A DNA stretch of 64,000 nucleotides from Balanoglossus misakiensis (Eukaryota > Animalia > Hemichordata), in contig CM082583.2 in assembly GCA_040954595.2 (NCBI GenBank), positions 1,560,925-1,624,924 on the forward strand, given 5' to 3'. The notes under the pieces were generated by a model. It searched no databases, had not been told where the DNA came from, and worked only from the letters and a program-made list of their open reading frames with translations. Shown piece after piece: positions 1-11,855 of this stretch. Each line of letters opens with the position of its first letter. The stretch's first letter is position 1. A program made the position numbers and the translations under genes.

Positions 1-119
1 CTGCAATGAGTGGTTGTGCTCTGTCCTCGACCTTTAATTCCAATGGAGTTTCTCAAGTTTATCCTCAGGATACGACAGTAAATGCATACTATGTGTATAA
101 TTTTCTCGTACACTTACAG

Positions 120-1719
120 GCGTAGACGTGAAGAAATCACTGAGGCCCTTTTAATATGGGATGAAGAACAGGACGACGTCGAGATGTTGTTGATCGACAC
201 GTTTGCGAATGGGCGAGATTTGAATAACGCTCCAGTTGATCTTGATTTATTTTCAGATGATGAGTGTTTCGAATTTTTCAGGTAGGCAAGAAAGATGTTG
301 ATGTATTATTCGTCATTGTTTACAAAAAACTTCATAGTTATTTCACTAAAAATACTATAAAAAAAAGAAAAGAAATGGAATACTACACTTTTTAAATCTA
401 TTTTTCTTTCCAAAATTACAGATTTGCAAAGCAGGACCTGATCCGGTTACACGATGCACTCTCTCTTCCGGAAAAGATAGTTGGTTACAATGGATCCACA
501 GCAACAAGCATGGAGGCATTACTTATTCTACTGCGCCGACTCTCATATCCTAATCGCTGGTGTGATTTAGTACATTTCTTTCAAAGAGACGAGCCAGAAT
601 TGAGTATAATTTTCAATACGGTATGTGATTTTGTTGTTAATGTATCATTTTTTATATTTTTAATACATGTTATGTGTTCCTGCAAATTTTGTACTAAATA
701 ATCAGTACATAGTAATTTCTTATCAGTAGAATGACATATTTACACTCTGTATGCAAAAAGACAATCTAAAGAATGACACTGGATCGAATAACAAATTGCC
801 AGGACGTATGTATGTGTTGTTTAACACTAAGGTTAAATATGTGACTTCACAGACTTATTTCAAATCTGTTTGGGTGTGTTGTTTTATGCAGATTGCAGAA
901 CATATCCATAGAGAGTTTGGTCACCTCCTTACAAATCTAGACTTGGCGTGGATTGATCCAGTGGCATTTTCTGCTGCAATCATTAACAAGGGAGCCCCAC
1001 TGGATAATTGTTGGGGATTTATTGATGGGACCGCCAGACCTATTTCCAGACCACGTCATGGCCAAAAAGTTGTGTTTTCTGGCCATAAAAGAACTCACTG
1101 TCTTAAATTTCAGGTAAGGAATATCCTTTTCTCTCTATCCAGGGAGTATTTGACTATTTGAACTGAATTCTGACCCAGTCTGTTTTGCATTATTCAAGGG
1201 TTGAATATTGATGGCTTCATTCATAACTGAAAGATATTGTCCTTTATTCCTTTGCAGTCGATTCAAACCCCCTGCGGACTTGTCGCCCATATGTTTGGGC
1301 CGATTGAGGGAAGTCGGCACGATGCATACATGCTGGCAGAGAGTGGAGTGCTACCAGGGTTAGAGCAGATCCAACACAATGGTGTAGTGATGTGTGTATA
1401 TGGCGATCCTGCATATCCTCTTCGGCCTGAGTTAATGGGACCATTTAAGGGGGCAAATTTAAATGAACAACAAAAGAATTTAAATAAAGCAATGTCTGAA
1501 GTTCGTACTTGTGTTGAATGGGGGTTTTGGAAAATAGTGTCTTTGTTTGCGTTTCTTGATTTTAAGAAAAATCAGAAGCTTTATTTACAACCGGTGGGGG
1601 GTTATTTTCTTGTTGCAACCATTTTATGTAATTGTCATACCTGTCTCTATGGCAGTGAAACAGGCATTTATTTTGACCTGGAACCTCCTACTCTGGAAAA
1701 TTACCTTGGTAACCATTGA
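120..1719 (+). CDS. Harbinger (HARBI1-like, DDE_Tnp_4) transposase, spliced; 5' end unresolved
   Basis: GT-AG exons 120-281, 422-620, 892-1113 and 1258-1719 join in frame: ...CFEFFRFAKQDL...EALLILLRRLSYPNRW...WGFIDGTARPISRP...FSGHKRTHCLKFQS...GSRHD...YGDPAY...RTCVEWGF... The DDE motifs are intact. Confidence 0.92.
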
Positions 1720-2139
1720 AGCGTTGAAGTGTTTTGAAGTTGTGTTAGAGTTGAATAATAAAGATTGACAATTTTAATATCCTTTTTTAACTATGTTGTT
1801 TTATTTGAGTTCTAACTCTCCCTTGTAGGACACTCATAAACAAAACACGATCTCATTCACTAAAGCACATTGAAGTAAATGAACAGTAAATTTTAATTTT
1901 TCATTGGACTTTTTCTAAAATTGTAGAAATTTACAACTGTACTGAATTAATACTATCAGGCAACATTGTTTATATGGTGGGTGATTAGAAAATTATTTTG
2001 TTAAAATTTAAATATACAACAAATTTCTGTTAAAACAACAATATTTTGGTAAAATTTAAATATACAACAAATTTCTATTAAAACAACAATATTAAACTGT
2101 GAACAAAATTATAAACTGTTTCGAATAAAATACATGAAC

Positions 2140-3482
2140 TTAATTTCTTTTGGCAAGCTGCTCTAGCATTTTCATTTGGATTTCTAACTGTCTCTCCTGT
2201 AGGGCAATCCGTCTCTTCTCAACCTCCAGTGCATCCTGCTTATATTTAATTTCCGCCTCGTGCTTTTGTTGAAGGTATGTGAATAGATCTGCCTTGGATG
2301 TTCAGTTGGCTTTTCGTCTTTTCTCTATATTAGACAATTAAAGAAATGAAATACTGTAAAAAATGTGAACAAATTTGGAATCAAGTCTGTAATCAGTAAA
2401 TATTTAATTGTTGTGTGACGCTGGTGTACAGGTTTGTATCATGTGCCTTGGAAATCAGACGCGTTAAATGGTCTGCTTTTTTATTTACACACAAATATGT
2501 CCATATTCATTGCTCTAATTTTTTCTGAAAATGTTATTACGCTGAAATCTTGCAAAAAAATTCAAAGCCTGCATCAGACCTGGTAAATTCAACACTGACA
2601 CATCACTGTTCATACACCAGTGTTTCAGTGTTGTCTTCACAGCAATAGATGCTGTCATATAAACATCACTGTATACACACCTGTGATAACAGGCTTGATT
2701 CAGACCTGTCCATACATGTCACCCTCTGATATCTGACCAATTTTGCAGGTCCTGCAATAGAGGTCATTTCTCAGAGACTGTTACAGATCTGATCAGACCT
2801 GTTATAGGCATGTTCTGAAATTTGCCTGTGGATTTCTAGCTGTGGTCCTGATGACCTTAGTATTACCTTCTGGATCCTTATTTTCTGCTGGTGTCATTCT
2901 TTTCATGGCAGTTTCCCTGATGGCAAGTGCTTGCTGTCTTTGTTCGTGTTTTTTCTTTGATGTAACAGCCTCATTTGTTGTACTTGCTGAATTGCTTTCA
3001 ACATAGGACACAATTTCTTGACACAATTGTTGCAATTCATTGTACTGCTCTTCCGTACCAGATCTGTGAAGAATGAATGAATGAATGAATGAATGAATGA
3101 ATGAATGAATGAATGAATGAATGAATGAATAACAGAAAACATTAAATTCTAAGCTCAATTAGCTATAACGTTTTATTTCTTTTTTTTCATCTGTAATTTA
3201 AAGGGGCACATTTAAACTTCACTATCAATGCTTCATCACTTACTTTTTCATTGCCTTCTTGTCATTTTCCTTGAACTTTGTTAGCAGCAAGTCTGCATGC
3301 TCCCTGACCGCTCTGTTTGTTATTTTTTGCCTGCCATCCTCCCAACTCCAATGTGTCATTAGAGTGTTTGCAATTTCTTGCCACTCAGCTGTAGTATCAG
3401 GCCTACGTGCCACCACCTCTTTCAACAAATCAACATCTTGTTGAACAGACCAACGTAAAACAGTTCTCTTTGGTGCTGTCAT
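2140..3482 (-). CDS. Harbinger-associated Myb/SANT-like DNA-binding protein with C-terminal coiled coil (in-frame TGA in last exon)
   Basis: Exons 3482-3244 (RWSVQQDVDLLKEV...WQEIANTL), 3063-2867 (SGTEEQYNELQQLCQEI...AIRETAMKRM) and 2324-2140 (DLFTYLQQKHEAEIKYKQDALEVEKRRIALQERQLE). Splice phases are compatible. TGA at 2304-2302. Confidence 0.8.
3071..3130. repeat. (GAAT)n microsatellite in the Myb-like gene intron
   Basis: About 15 perfect GAAT units. Confidence 0.97.
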
Positions 3483-3779
3483 CTCTTGCTGATTACACTA
3501 CAATTAATAGTAAAAGATCCCAGTTTGGAATGTATTATCAATCTAGTATCAGATTGCGCGCTTTGTAATCTTTTTGTAACGTTGTTATTTTTTATTGCTA
3601 GAATGACGGACCACACACAGTGAAAAGGTAGTGGTCCACGGCACACACAAAAAATACGATGGTCCCGGACCTCGCAGAAAAGATAGAAACTAAAAATCTG
3701 TCAGAAAAGCACTATCAAACACAGCTATAAATTAAACAGCATGCATAGTTAAAACAATTTAGGCTGGTGACGGGTCCGT

Positions 3780-5034
3780 GAAGTTTGTTACTTATTCCTT
3801 ATTCCTTATTCCTTATTCGAATGCGAAGTTTGTTACTTATTCCTTATTCCTTATTCGAATGCGAAGTTTGTTACTTATTCCTTATTCCTTATTCGGATTC
3901 TGAAGTCTGTGACTTATTCCTTATTCCTTATTGAAAGCTGAAGTCTGTGACTTATTCCTTATTCGGATTCTGAAGTCTGTGACTTATTCCTTATTCAAAG
4001 CTTATTCCTTATTCGAAATCTGAAGTCTGTGACTTTTTCCTTATTTGAAATCTGAAGTCTGTGACTTATTCCTTATTCGAAATCTGAAGTCTGTGACTTA
4101 TTCCTTATTCGAAATCTGAAGTCTGTGACTTATTCCTTATTCGGATTCTGAAGTCTGTGACTTTTTCCTTATTCAAAGCTTATTCCTTATTCGAAATCTG
4201 AAGTCTGTGACTTTTTCCTTATTCGAAATCTGAAGTCTGTGACTTATTCCTTATTCGAAATCTGAAGTCTGTGACTTATTCCTTATTCGAAATCTGAAGT
4301 CTGTGACTTATTCCTTATTCGGATTCTGAAGTCTGTGACTTTTTCCTTATTCAAAGCTTATTCCTTATTCGAAATCTGAAGTCTGTGACATATTCCTTAT
4401 TCGAAATCTGAAGTCTGTGACTTATTCCTTATTCGGATTCTGAAGTCTGTGACTTATTCCTTATTCAAAGCTTATTCCTTATTCGAAATCTGAAGTCTGT
4501 GACTTTTTCCTTATTTGAAATCTGAAGTCTGTGACTTATTCCTTATTCGAAATCTGAAGTCTGTGACTTATTCCTTATTCGAAATCTGAAGTCTGTGACT
4601 TATTCCTTATTCGGATTCTGAAGTCTGTGACTTTTTCCTTATTCAAAGCTTATTCCTTATTCGAAATCTGAAGTCTGTGACTTTTTCCTTATTCGAAATC
4701 TGAAGTCTGTGACTTATTCCTTATTCGAAATCTGAAGTCTGTGACTTATTCCTTATTCGAAATCTGAAGTCTGTGACTTATTCCTTATTCGGATTCTGAA
4801 GTCTGTGACTTTTTCCTTATTCAAAGCTTATTCCTTATTCGAAATCTGAAGTCTGTGACATATTCCTTATTCGAAATCTGAAGTCTGTGACTTATTCCTT
4901 ATTCGGATTCTGAAGTCTGTGACTTATTCCTTATTCAAAGCTTATTCCTTATTCGAAATCTGAAGTCTGTGACATATTCCTTATTCGAAATCTGAAGTCT
5001 GTGACTTATTCCTTATTCGAAATCTGAAGTCTGT
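3780..5034 (+). repeat. 32-bp minisatellite (GAAGTCTGTGACTTATTCCTTATTCGAAATCT) with ~178-bp higher-order unit; left foldback arm
   Basis: Directly visible tandem units. The GGATTC variant recurs at 178-bp spacing (4143, 4321). Confidence 0.95.
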
Positions 5035-5215
5035 TGTCACGACTGAGTTTGAACGCTCATAGATCCTTTCTATGATTACGTAAGATGTCATTCACTTGAC
5101 ATAGGTACTTGACCCAGAGTAAACAAGCTTGTGTAATTGATACATGTCAGAACTCTATCACTTGCTAAGTTCATGTTTAAGAAATATTAAGATGACGTGT
5201 TCCTTTTATGACTTA
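5035..5215 (+). mobile_element. Truncated LTR fragment (same family as solo LTR at 30671-31210)
   Basis: Begins TGTCACG. Its reverse complement aligns with 31001-31210 (taagtcataaaaggaacacgtcatc...ctc-a-tcgtgaca). Confidence 0.75.
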
Positions 5216-5769
5216 AGGGACCGTTCAGTTTTTACGGCCGGGGGGGGGGGGGGACGAAAAACCAATCGAATTTTTATAAGTTCATGTATGTTAGCATCGT
5301 TCTGTGAGGAAAGTACTATCAAAGGTCACCGTAGTTCACCCCAAAATTGGGCAAAACAATTGGACCCCATACTAGTCTAGATCCAACAAAAACCAGACCC
5401 CTCTTGTGTAAGACTCCATTATGTGCTCCATCGGCCCCCCAAAAGCCAGGACTCTAACTGCTGTGGATGCTGAGATATGGGAAAGTAGATCAAAGGTCAT
5501 CCAAGGTCACCCAAAATTTGGGGAAAAATTTTGACCCCATACTGGTCCATGTCCAACAAGAATGAAACCTCTAGCCCTATTGGTTAGCCTGGAATTAGTT
5601 ATGCACATAATTAATGAGATAAGCAGGTGTCTCAGGTAACCCCCAATTTTGCTTTTCAATTTTAGTCCCAACCCTCCAAACGCCAAGTCTGTACCTGCTC
5701 TGGGTGCCGAGATATAGGAAAGTAGGTCAAAAGTCATCTGAGGTCACCCAAAATTTGGGCAAAATTGTT

Positions 5770-6589
5770 TTCAGATTTTCGTCAGATTTCGAATAAGGAA
5801 TAAGTCACAGACTTGAGCTTTGAATAAGGAATAAGTCACAGACTTGAGCTTTGAATAAGGAAAAAGTCACAGACTTCATAATCCGAATAAGGAATAAGTC
5901 ACAGACTTCAGATTTCGAATAAGGAATAAGTCACAGACTTCAGATTTCGAATAAGGAATAAGCTTTGAATAAGGAAAAAGTCACAGACTTCATAATCCGA
6001 ATAAGGAATAAGTCACAGACTTCAGATTTCGAATAAGGAATAAGTCACAGGCTTCAGATTTCGAATAAGGAATAAGCTTTGAATAAGGAATAAGTCACAG
6101 ACTTGAGCTTTGAATAAGGAAAAAGTCACAGACTTCATAATCCGAATAAGGAATAAGTCACAGACTTCAGATTTCGAATAAGGAATATGTCACAGACTTC
6201 AGATTTCGAATAAGGAATAAGCTTTGAATAAGGAAAAAGTCACAGACTTCAGAATCCGAATAAGGAATAAGTCACAGACTTCAGATTTCGAATAAGGAAT
6301 AAGTCACAGACTTCAGATTTCGAATAAGGAATAAGTCACAGACTTCAGATTTCGAATAAGGAAAAAGTCACAGACTTCAGATTTCGAATAAGGAATAAGC
6401 TTTGAATAAGGAATAAGTCACAGACTTCAGAATCCGAATAAGGAATAAGTCACAGACTTCAGCTTTGAATAAGGAATAAGGAATAAGTAACAAACTTCAC
6501 ATTCGAATAAGGAATTAGGAATAAGGAATAAGTAACAAACTTCACATTCGAATAAGGAATAAAGAATAAGGAATAAGTAACAAACTTCC
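5770..6589 (-). repeat. Inverted copy of the 32-bp minisatellite; right foldback arm
   Basis: Units AGATTTCGAATAAGGAATAAGTCACAGACTTC are the reverse complement of the left arm. Confidence 0.95.
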
Positions 6590-7021
6590 AACACCTGCTG
6601 GTGACTGTGTGTGTAATGGCTTATTTCTCCTGGTCGTGAATGTTGCTTCCGTGTTCGACCGGCGGCGGCAACAACATCCAGTGCAAAGATGCCCGCGCCC
6701 GGCCGATAGGTCGGCCGCTACGCTGGTGATGAATTTGTGTTATTTTTAGGTAAAATGTTTCAAATATCAGTCAACAAATGACACCAGTTCGTCAAGCGAT
6801 ACAAAAAGCAAGAAATAGGACCACACACTTTGAGGTTACTGTTAAAATAAAACTAAGAATTGTTCTCGGAATCGACATACGAGAGACTTACCTGTTTCAC
6901 GTACAAAACGACTGGCAGACGACAGGCGAACGTGTGATGTCATCGAATTACGGGATAGGCACGCAAAAAGTGATGACGTATCCGTATACGTTCCGTTCAC
7001 GTACGCAATCTTAATCTCTCT

Positions 7022-10000
7022 ATTTAGCGGAGCCAGGCCGTAGAAAAATCGACCTGTTCAACATTACCAGTGTGCAACTGTTTCTGCTCTAGAGTGTCAG
7101 GGTTTTAGCCGACTTATGCTGTAGGAAATCTGAGTTGATGAACGGAAATTCAATGTTAGAAAACCCGTGTGGAAAGTATCTCTACCCGTTTGAAACTAAG
7201 AAAAGAATTTATTCTTATTTATTTTGTAAAAAAGACAATTTTTAGAAAAAAAGTCGAAAATGGTAATTTTGTCTTGGGTGATTTAAATTATACCGCCTTT
7301 TCTGGAATTTGCAGCACTTTTTACAAGAGAACGACACTTCATGCTCCATAATATTTCCGAAAATGAAGAAAAGAGTCTATTTTTTATGATTTTTTAAAAA
7401 TTTACCATTTTTGTCAAAATATGGCATAAATGGCTATTTTTTCTTGAATTCCGTCAATATCTCTGCATTTTTGGAGTGGTCGAAAGTTTTAACATACAAT
7501 CAACATGTCATATATGATCAGGGCACCAAATTCGAAGATTTTTTTCTTCTAAAAATGACATTTTCAAGGAAAATTTGGTAAAACGCAATTTTGTCTACAG
7601 TGAGCCTAATTAGACGGACTTTTGTGGAATTTGTATCGATATATACATACGAAGAGCATTCTATACTCCATCAGATTTCCGAAAATGTAGAAAACATGTA
7701 TTTTTTGTAATTTTCAAAAATTTACCATTTTGACCAAATTGTGGCTAAAATTGTTATTTTCGTGTTGAATGCCGCCAGTGTCACTGCTTTTAAAAGTCAT
7801 GAAAACTTTTAACATACAAGCAATTGTTTATATATGATCAGGTCACCGAATTAAAAAAATAAAGAATGTTTTGCCTAAAAATGACCTTTTTGGTGCAAAA
7901 ACGAATAAAACGCAATTTTGTATTAAATCAGCTCATTCAGAGTGCATTTTTTATAATCAGCACCATTTTTACATATAATGGAAATTTCATACATCATCAG
8001 ATAGCCAAATATGACAAAATGATTTAGATTTTAGATGATTGCCCAAAATTAGCTGATATCTAATAAATGTAGTATTGAACCGTTCTGTCCCCCCCCCCCC
8101 TACATTATATGCGGTACGCCGATGTCAGCTTACCCGGCAGTACTGCAGGCCGTGCCCCCAACTAACGTCGGTGTTTGAAACGCCCTGGTTAAATTCGGGC
8201 TTTCTCTATAAATTGACAGGCAATAATGCAGTCCTACCCGAACAGATGTCGAGTGTTGACCCGCTGTGACTTTCCCTCTTCGGTTTGCCCGACTTAGCCA
8301 ACGTTTTTGTACTAGAGTGTCGGGTCTTTTGCAGAGCCAGGCCGAAGGAAATCCGACTTGATCACCGTTGCTAACGAACGCTAGTGGTGTGCCGGGGTTT
8401 TAATCGAGCCAGGCCGTAGGAGATCTGACTTGATCATCGTGGTCAATGTACGCGTGTTTCCGCTCTAAAATGCCGGGGCTTCAGCTAAACCAGGCCGTAG
8501 GAAATCCGACGTAATCACTGTTGATAACTTACGCCAGTCTGTGTCATATAGAGCCGGAGCACCAGACGAGTCACGCCGTAGGAAATCTGACTTGATCAAC
8601 GTGGTCAATGTACGCCTGTTTCTGCTCTAGAGTGCCGGGGCTTCAGCTGAGCCAGGCCGTAGGAAACCCGACGTGATTACCGTTGTTAACTTACACCAGT
8701 CTGTGTCCTATATATAGTGCCGGGCATCAGCCGTGATAGGCCGAAGGAAATGTAAGTAGATCAACGTGGTCTCTGTACGTGTGTTTCTGCTCTAGAGTGC
8801 CGGGGCTTTATCCAATCCATGCCGCAGAAAATCTGACTTGATCACCGTTGCTAACGTACGCTAGTGTCTGTCATATTGTGACGGAGATTTAGCCGAGCCA
8901 GGCCGTAGAAAAATCGACTTATTCAACGTTACCAGTGTGCAACTGTTTCTGCTCTAGAGTGTCAGGGTTTTAGCCGACTTATGCTGTAAGATATCTGAGA
9001 TGATGAACGGGAATCCAATGTTAGAAAACCCGTGTGGAAAGTATCTCTACCCGTTTGAAACTAAGAAAAGAATTTATTTTTATTTATTTTGTAAAAAAGA
9101 CAATTTTTCGAAAAAAAGTCGAAAATGGTAATTTTGTCTTGGGTGATTCAAATTATACCGCCTTTTCTGGAATTTGCAGCACTTTTTACAAGAGAACGAC
9201 ACTTCATGCTCCATAATATTTCCGAAAATGAAGAAAAGAGTTAATTTTTTATGATTTTTTAAAAATTTACCATTTTTGTCAAAATATGGCCAAAATGGCT
9301 ATTTTTTCTTGAATTCCGTCAATATCTCTGCATTTTTGGAGTGGTCGAAAGTTTTAACATACAATCAACATGTCATATATGATCAGGGCACCAAATTCGA
9401 AGAACAAAGGTGTTTTTTTTTTCTAAAAATGACATTTTCAAGGAAAATTTGGTAAAACGCAATTTTGTCTGCAGTGAGCCAAATTAGACAGTCTTTTGTG
9501 GAATTTGTATCGATATATACATACGAAGAGCATTCTATACTCCATCAGATTTCCGAAAATGTAGAAAACAGGTATTTTTTGTAATTTTCAAAAATTTACC
9601 ATTTTGACCAAATTGTGGCTAAAATTGTTATTTTCGTGTTGAATGCCGCCAGTGTCACTGCTTTTAAAAGTCATAAAAACTTTTAACATACAAGCAATTC
9701 TTTATATATTATCAGGTCACCGAATTAAAAAAATAAAGAATGTTTTGCCTAAAAATGACCTTTTTGGTGCAAAAACGAATAAAACGTAATTTTGTATTAA
9801 ATCAGAGTGCATTTTTTATAATCAGCACCATTTTTACATATAATGAAAATTTCATACATCATCAGATATCCAAATATGAAAAAAAAATGATTTAGATTTT
9901 AGATGATTGTCCAAAATTAGCTGATATCTAATAAATGTAGTATTGAACCGTTCTGTCCCCCCCCCCCCCACCTACATTATATGCGGTACGCCGATGTCAG

Positions 10001-10263
10001 CTTACCCGGCAGCACTGCAGGCCGTGCCCCCAACTAACGTCGGTGTTTGAAACGCCCTGGTTAAATTCGGGCTTTCTCTATAAATTGACAGGCAATAATG
10101 CAGTCCTACCCGAACAAATGTCGAGTGTTGACCCGCTGTGACTTTCCCTCTTCGGTTTGCCCGACTTAGCCAACGTCTTTGTACTAGTGTCGGGTCTTTT
10201 GCAGAGCCAGGCCGAAGGAAATCCGACTTGATCACCGTTGCTAACGAACGCTAGTGTCTGTCA
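7022..10263. repeat. 1865-bp tandem macro-repeat (one full and one partial copy)
   Basis: 7022 matches 8887, and ORFs 7169 and 9034 are near-identical (offset 1865). The unit has AT-rich ~320-bp subrepeats and GC-rich subrepeats of GAGCCAGGCCGTAGGAAATCTGACTTGATCA. Confidence 0.92.
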
Positions 10264-10969
10264 TGACCTACACACTAAATTTCAAAGTAATTGTACAAAG
10301 AATTTAACTAAACACAACTAAAATTGATCAAAAATTACACATTTCACCACAATTTACATAAACTCTACCAACTTCGCCCTAGGAACCTGCACACTAAATT
10401 TCAAAGTAATTGGCCCCGTGGTTTCAGTAAAGAAAAGTGACAGACAGTGACACCACTCACCCAATAAGACAATCACCCAATCTAACAAGCTCAACATAAC
10501 TGACAACACAGCTAAACAGTTCACCGACAATATAAATACAATTGTGTACATTTCACAAATGACAATATTAGCCTTTTAGTCACCTCTGACTCTAATGTAA
10601 AGTACATTATGGTAACTGTTCATTGAAATGTTTCTGGGAAATGTTTACTAAGGCTATTTAATATCTTCTAGTTTTTTTTTATAACACATGGTTTCTCTTG
10701 CAATTCCTCTTTCAGTAAACAGGATAAACTTTCTACACCATTACACTTATATGCTACTGCCAAATGGAAGTAATCTAATCCTGTAGTAGCTATAAAGCAG
10801 CATTGTCAGGGCCCAAGCAACATGATGAAAAAAGGTGAAAGCACACGTTATAGTTACTCAAACTTTTACCAGAAAATTTTGATAGATCATATTGGTTCAC
10901 GTCCAAGCAAATCGGACTTCTAACCATATTGGTTAGCTTACAATTTGATAAGTATATAAATTAAAGGGA

Positions 10970-11259
10970 CCCTTTTCCATTAATTATGTTTGATGCAAGA
11001 CATCATTTATGTTAATGTACATGTGGATATATAGTGAATCAACATTCAACAACACACACTGCTTGTAGACACGAGAGTGAAAAATCTTGCCAAAATGAAT
11101 AATTGGTCTTTACCATTTATTCATTTTGGGCGAGTTTTTACTGTCATATCCTACAACCGGGATGGAAGCTGTGTGTGGTCGAACGTTGATTCACTATATA
11201 TCCACATTAACAGTCTCTTGTATCACACATAATTATTAAAAAAGGGCAGCAAAGAGACT
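10970..11259. mobile_element. Hairpin MITE (AGTCTCT-type terminus); partial copies at 22566-22722 and 24292-24425
   Basis: Self-complementary arms (ccttttccattaattatg...gtggatatatagtgaatcaac vs gttgattcactatatatccac...cataattattaaaaaagggcagcaaagagact). The same sequence recurs in two uif-like introns. Confidence 0.75.
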
Positions 11260-11479
11260 TTCTGCCTTTAATAAGCTAATAAAAGTGTTAGACTGCATTG
11301 GCTGCTCTATAATACCATATAGCAATGCAGTAACTCCTGTGGATGCCAATTTCTGACTCTCTGTTATTTCTCACATGCATTTGTGAATTTTTATTGAAAT
11401 AAAAAAACTGGTGTGTTGAATATGTCAGTGAGTGAATGTGCAATTGGACAGTGTGTTGGCAGTTAGTGGAGATAAAACA

Positions 11480-11553
11480 ATCCTCATGGTGTAATGGTTA
11501 ACACACTTGTCACTTTGTGATAAGGGATCCTGGTTCGATTCCTGGTGAGGATG
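11480..11553 (+). pseudogene. tRNA-Gln(TTG)-like pseudogene or SINE head
   Basis: 7-bp acceptor stem ATCCTCA/TGAGGAT, A box TGGTGTAATGG, B box GGTTCGATTCC. The anticodon arm is enlarged to 19 nt around CTTTG and the T-stem has a mismatch. Confidence 0.6.
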
Positions 11554-11586
11554 ATAAAAAAGGAGTCCATTTGCTGTGTGTTTTCC

Positions 11587-11797
11587 ATGTATGTATGTAT
11601 GTATGTATGTATGTATGTATGTATGTATGTATGTATGTATGTATGTATGTATGTATGTATGCATGTATGTATGCATGTATGTATGTATGTATGTATGTAT
11701 GTATGTATGTATGTATGTATGTATCTATGTATGTATGTATCTATGTATGTATGTATCTATGTATGCATGCATGTATGTATATATGCATGCATGTATG

Positions 11798-11831
<34 letters not shown>

Positions 11832-11855
11832 TGTATGTATGTATGTATGTATGTA
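11587..11855. repeat. (TATG)n microsatellite
   Basis: Long, partly degenerate tetranucleotide run. Confidence 0.97.

Larger units (their letters stand above)
3772..6596. mobile_element. Non-autonomous foldback/MULE-like element with minisatellite-built inverted arms
   Basis: 9-bp direct repeat GCTGGTGAC at 3763-3771 and 6597-6605. The termini GGGTCCGTGAAGTTTGTTAC and (reverse complement) AGGTGTTGGAAGTTTGTTAC lead into inverted arrays of the same 32-bp unit. Confidence 0.8.
1..7021. mobile_element. PIF/Harbinger-superfamily DNA transposon (Pangu/HarbingerS-like), left end outside the window
   Basis: Convergent DDE transposase and Myb-like genes. The right terminus ...CGTACGCAATCTTAATCTCTCT (AG..CT-type end) at 7021 is followed by ATT. 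The paralogous empty site acggag-ATT-tagccgagcc is at 8881-8900. Confidence 0.75.

Noticed and set aside
3780-6589. CRISPR-like array of ~32-bp repeats
   Set aside because: The units are contiguous with no unique spacers, there are no cas genes, and the context is eukaryotic. It is a minisatellite forming transposon arms.
7169-9216. Duplicated 60-aa ORF as a gene pair
   Set aside because: GTG start in a low-complexity AT-rich repeat unit with no splice or domain evidence.
11480-11553. Functional tRNA gene
   Set aside because: Oversized anticodon arm, T-stem mismatch and no oligo-T terminator directly downstream. Reported as a pseudogene or SINE head.
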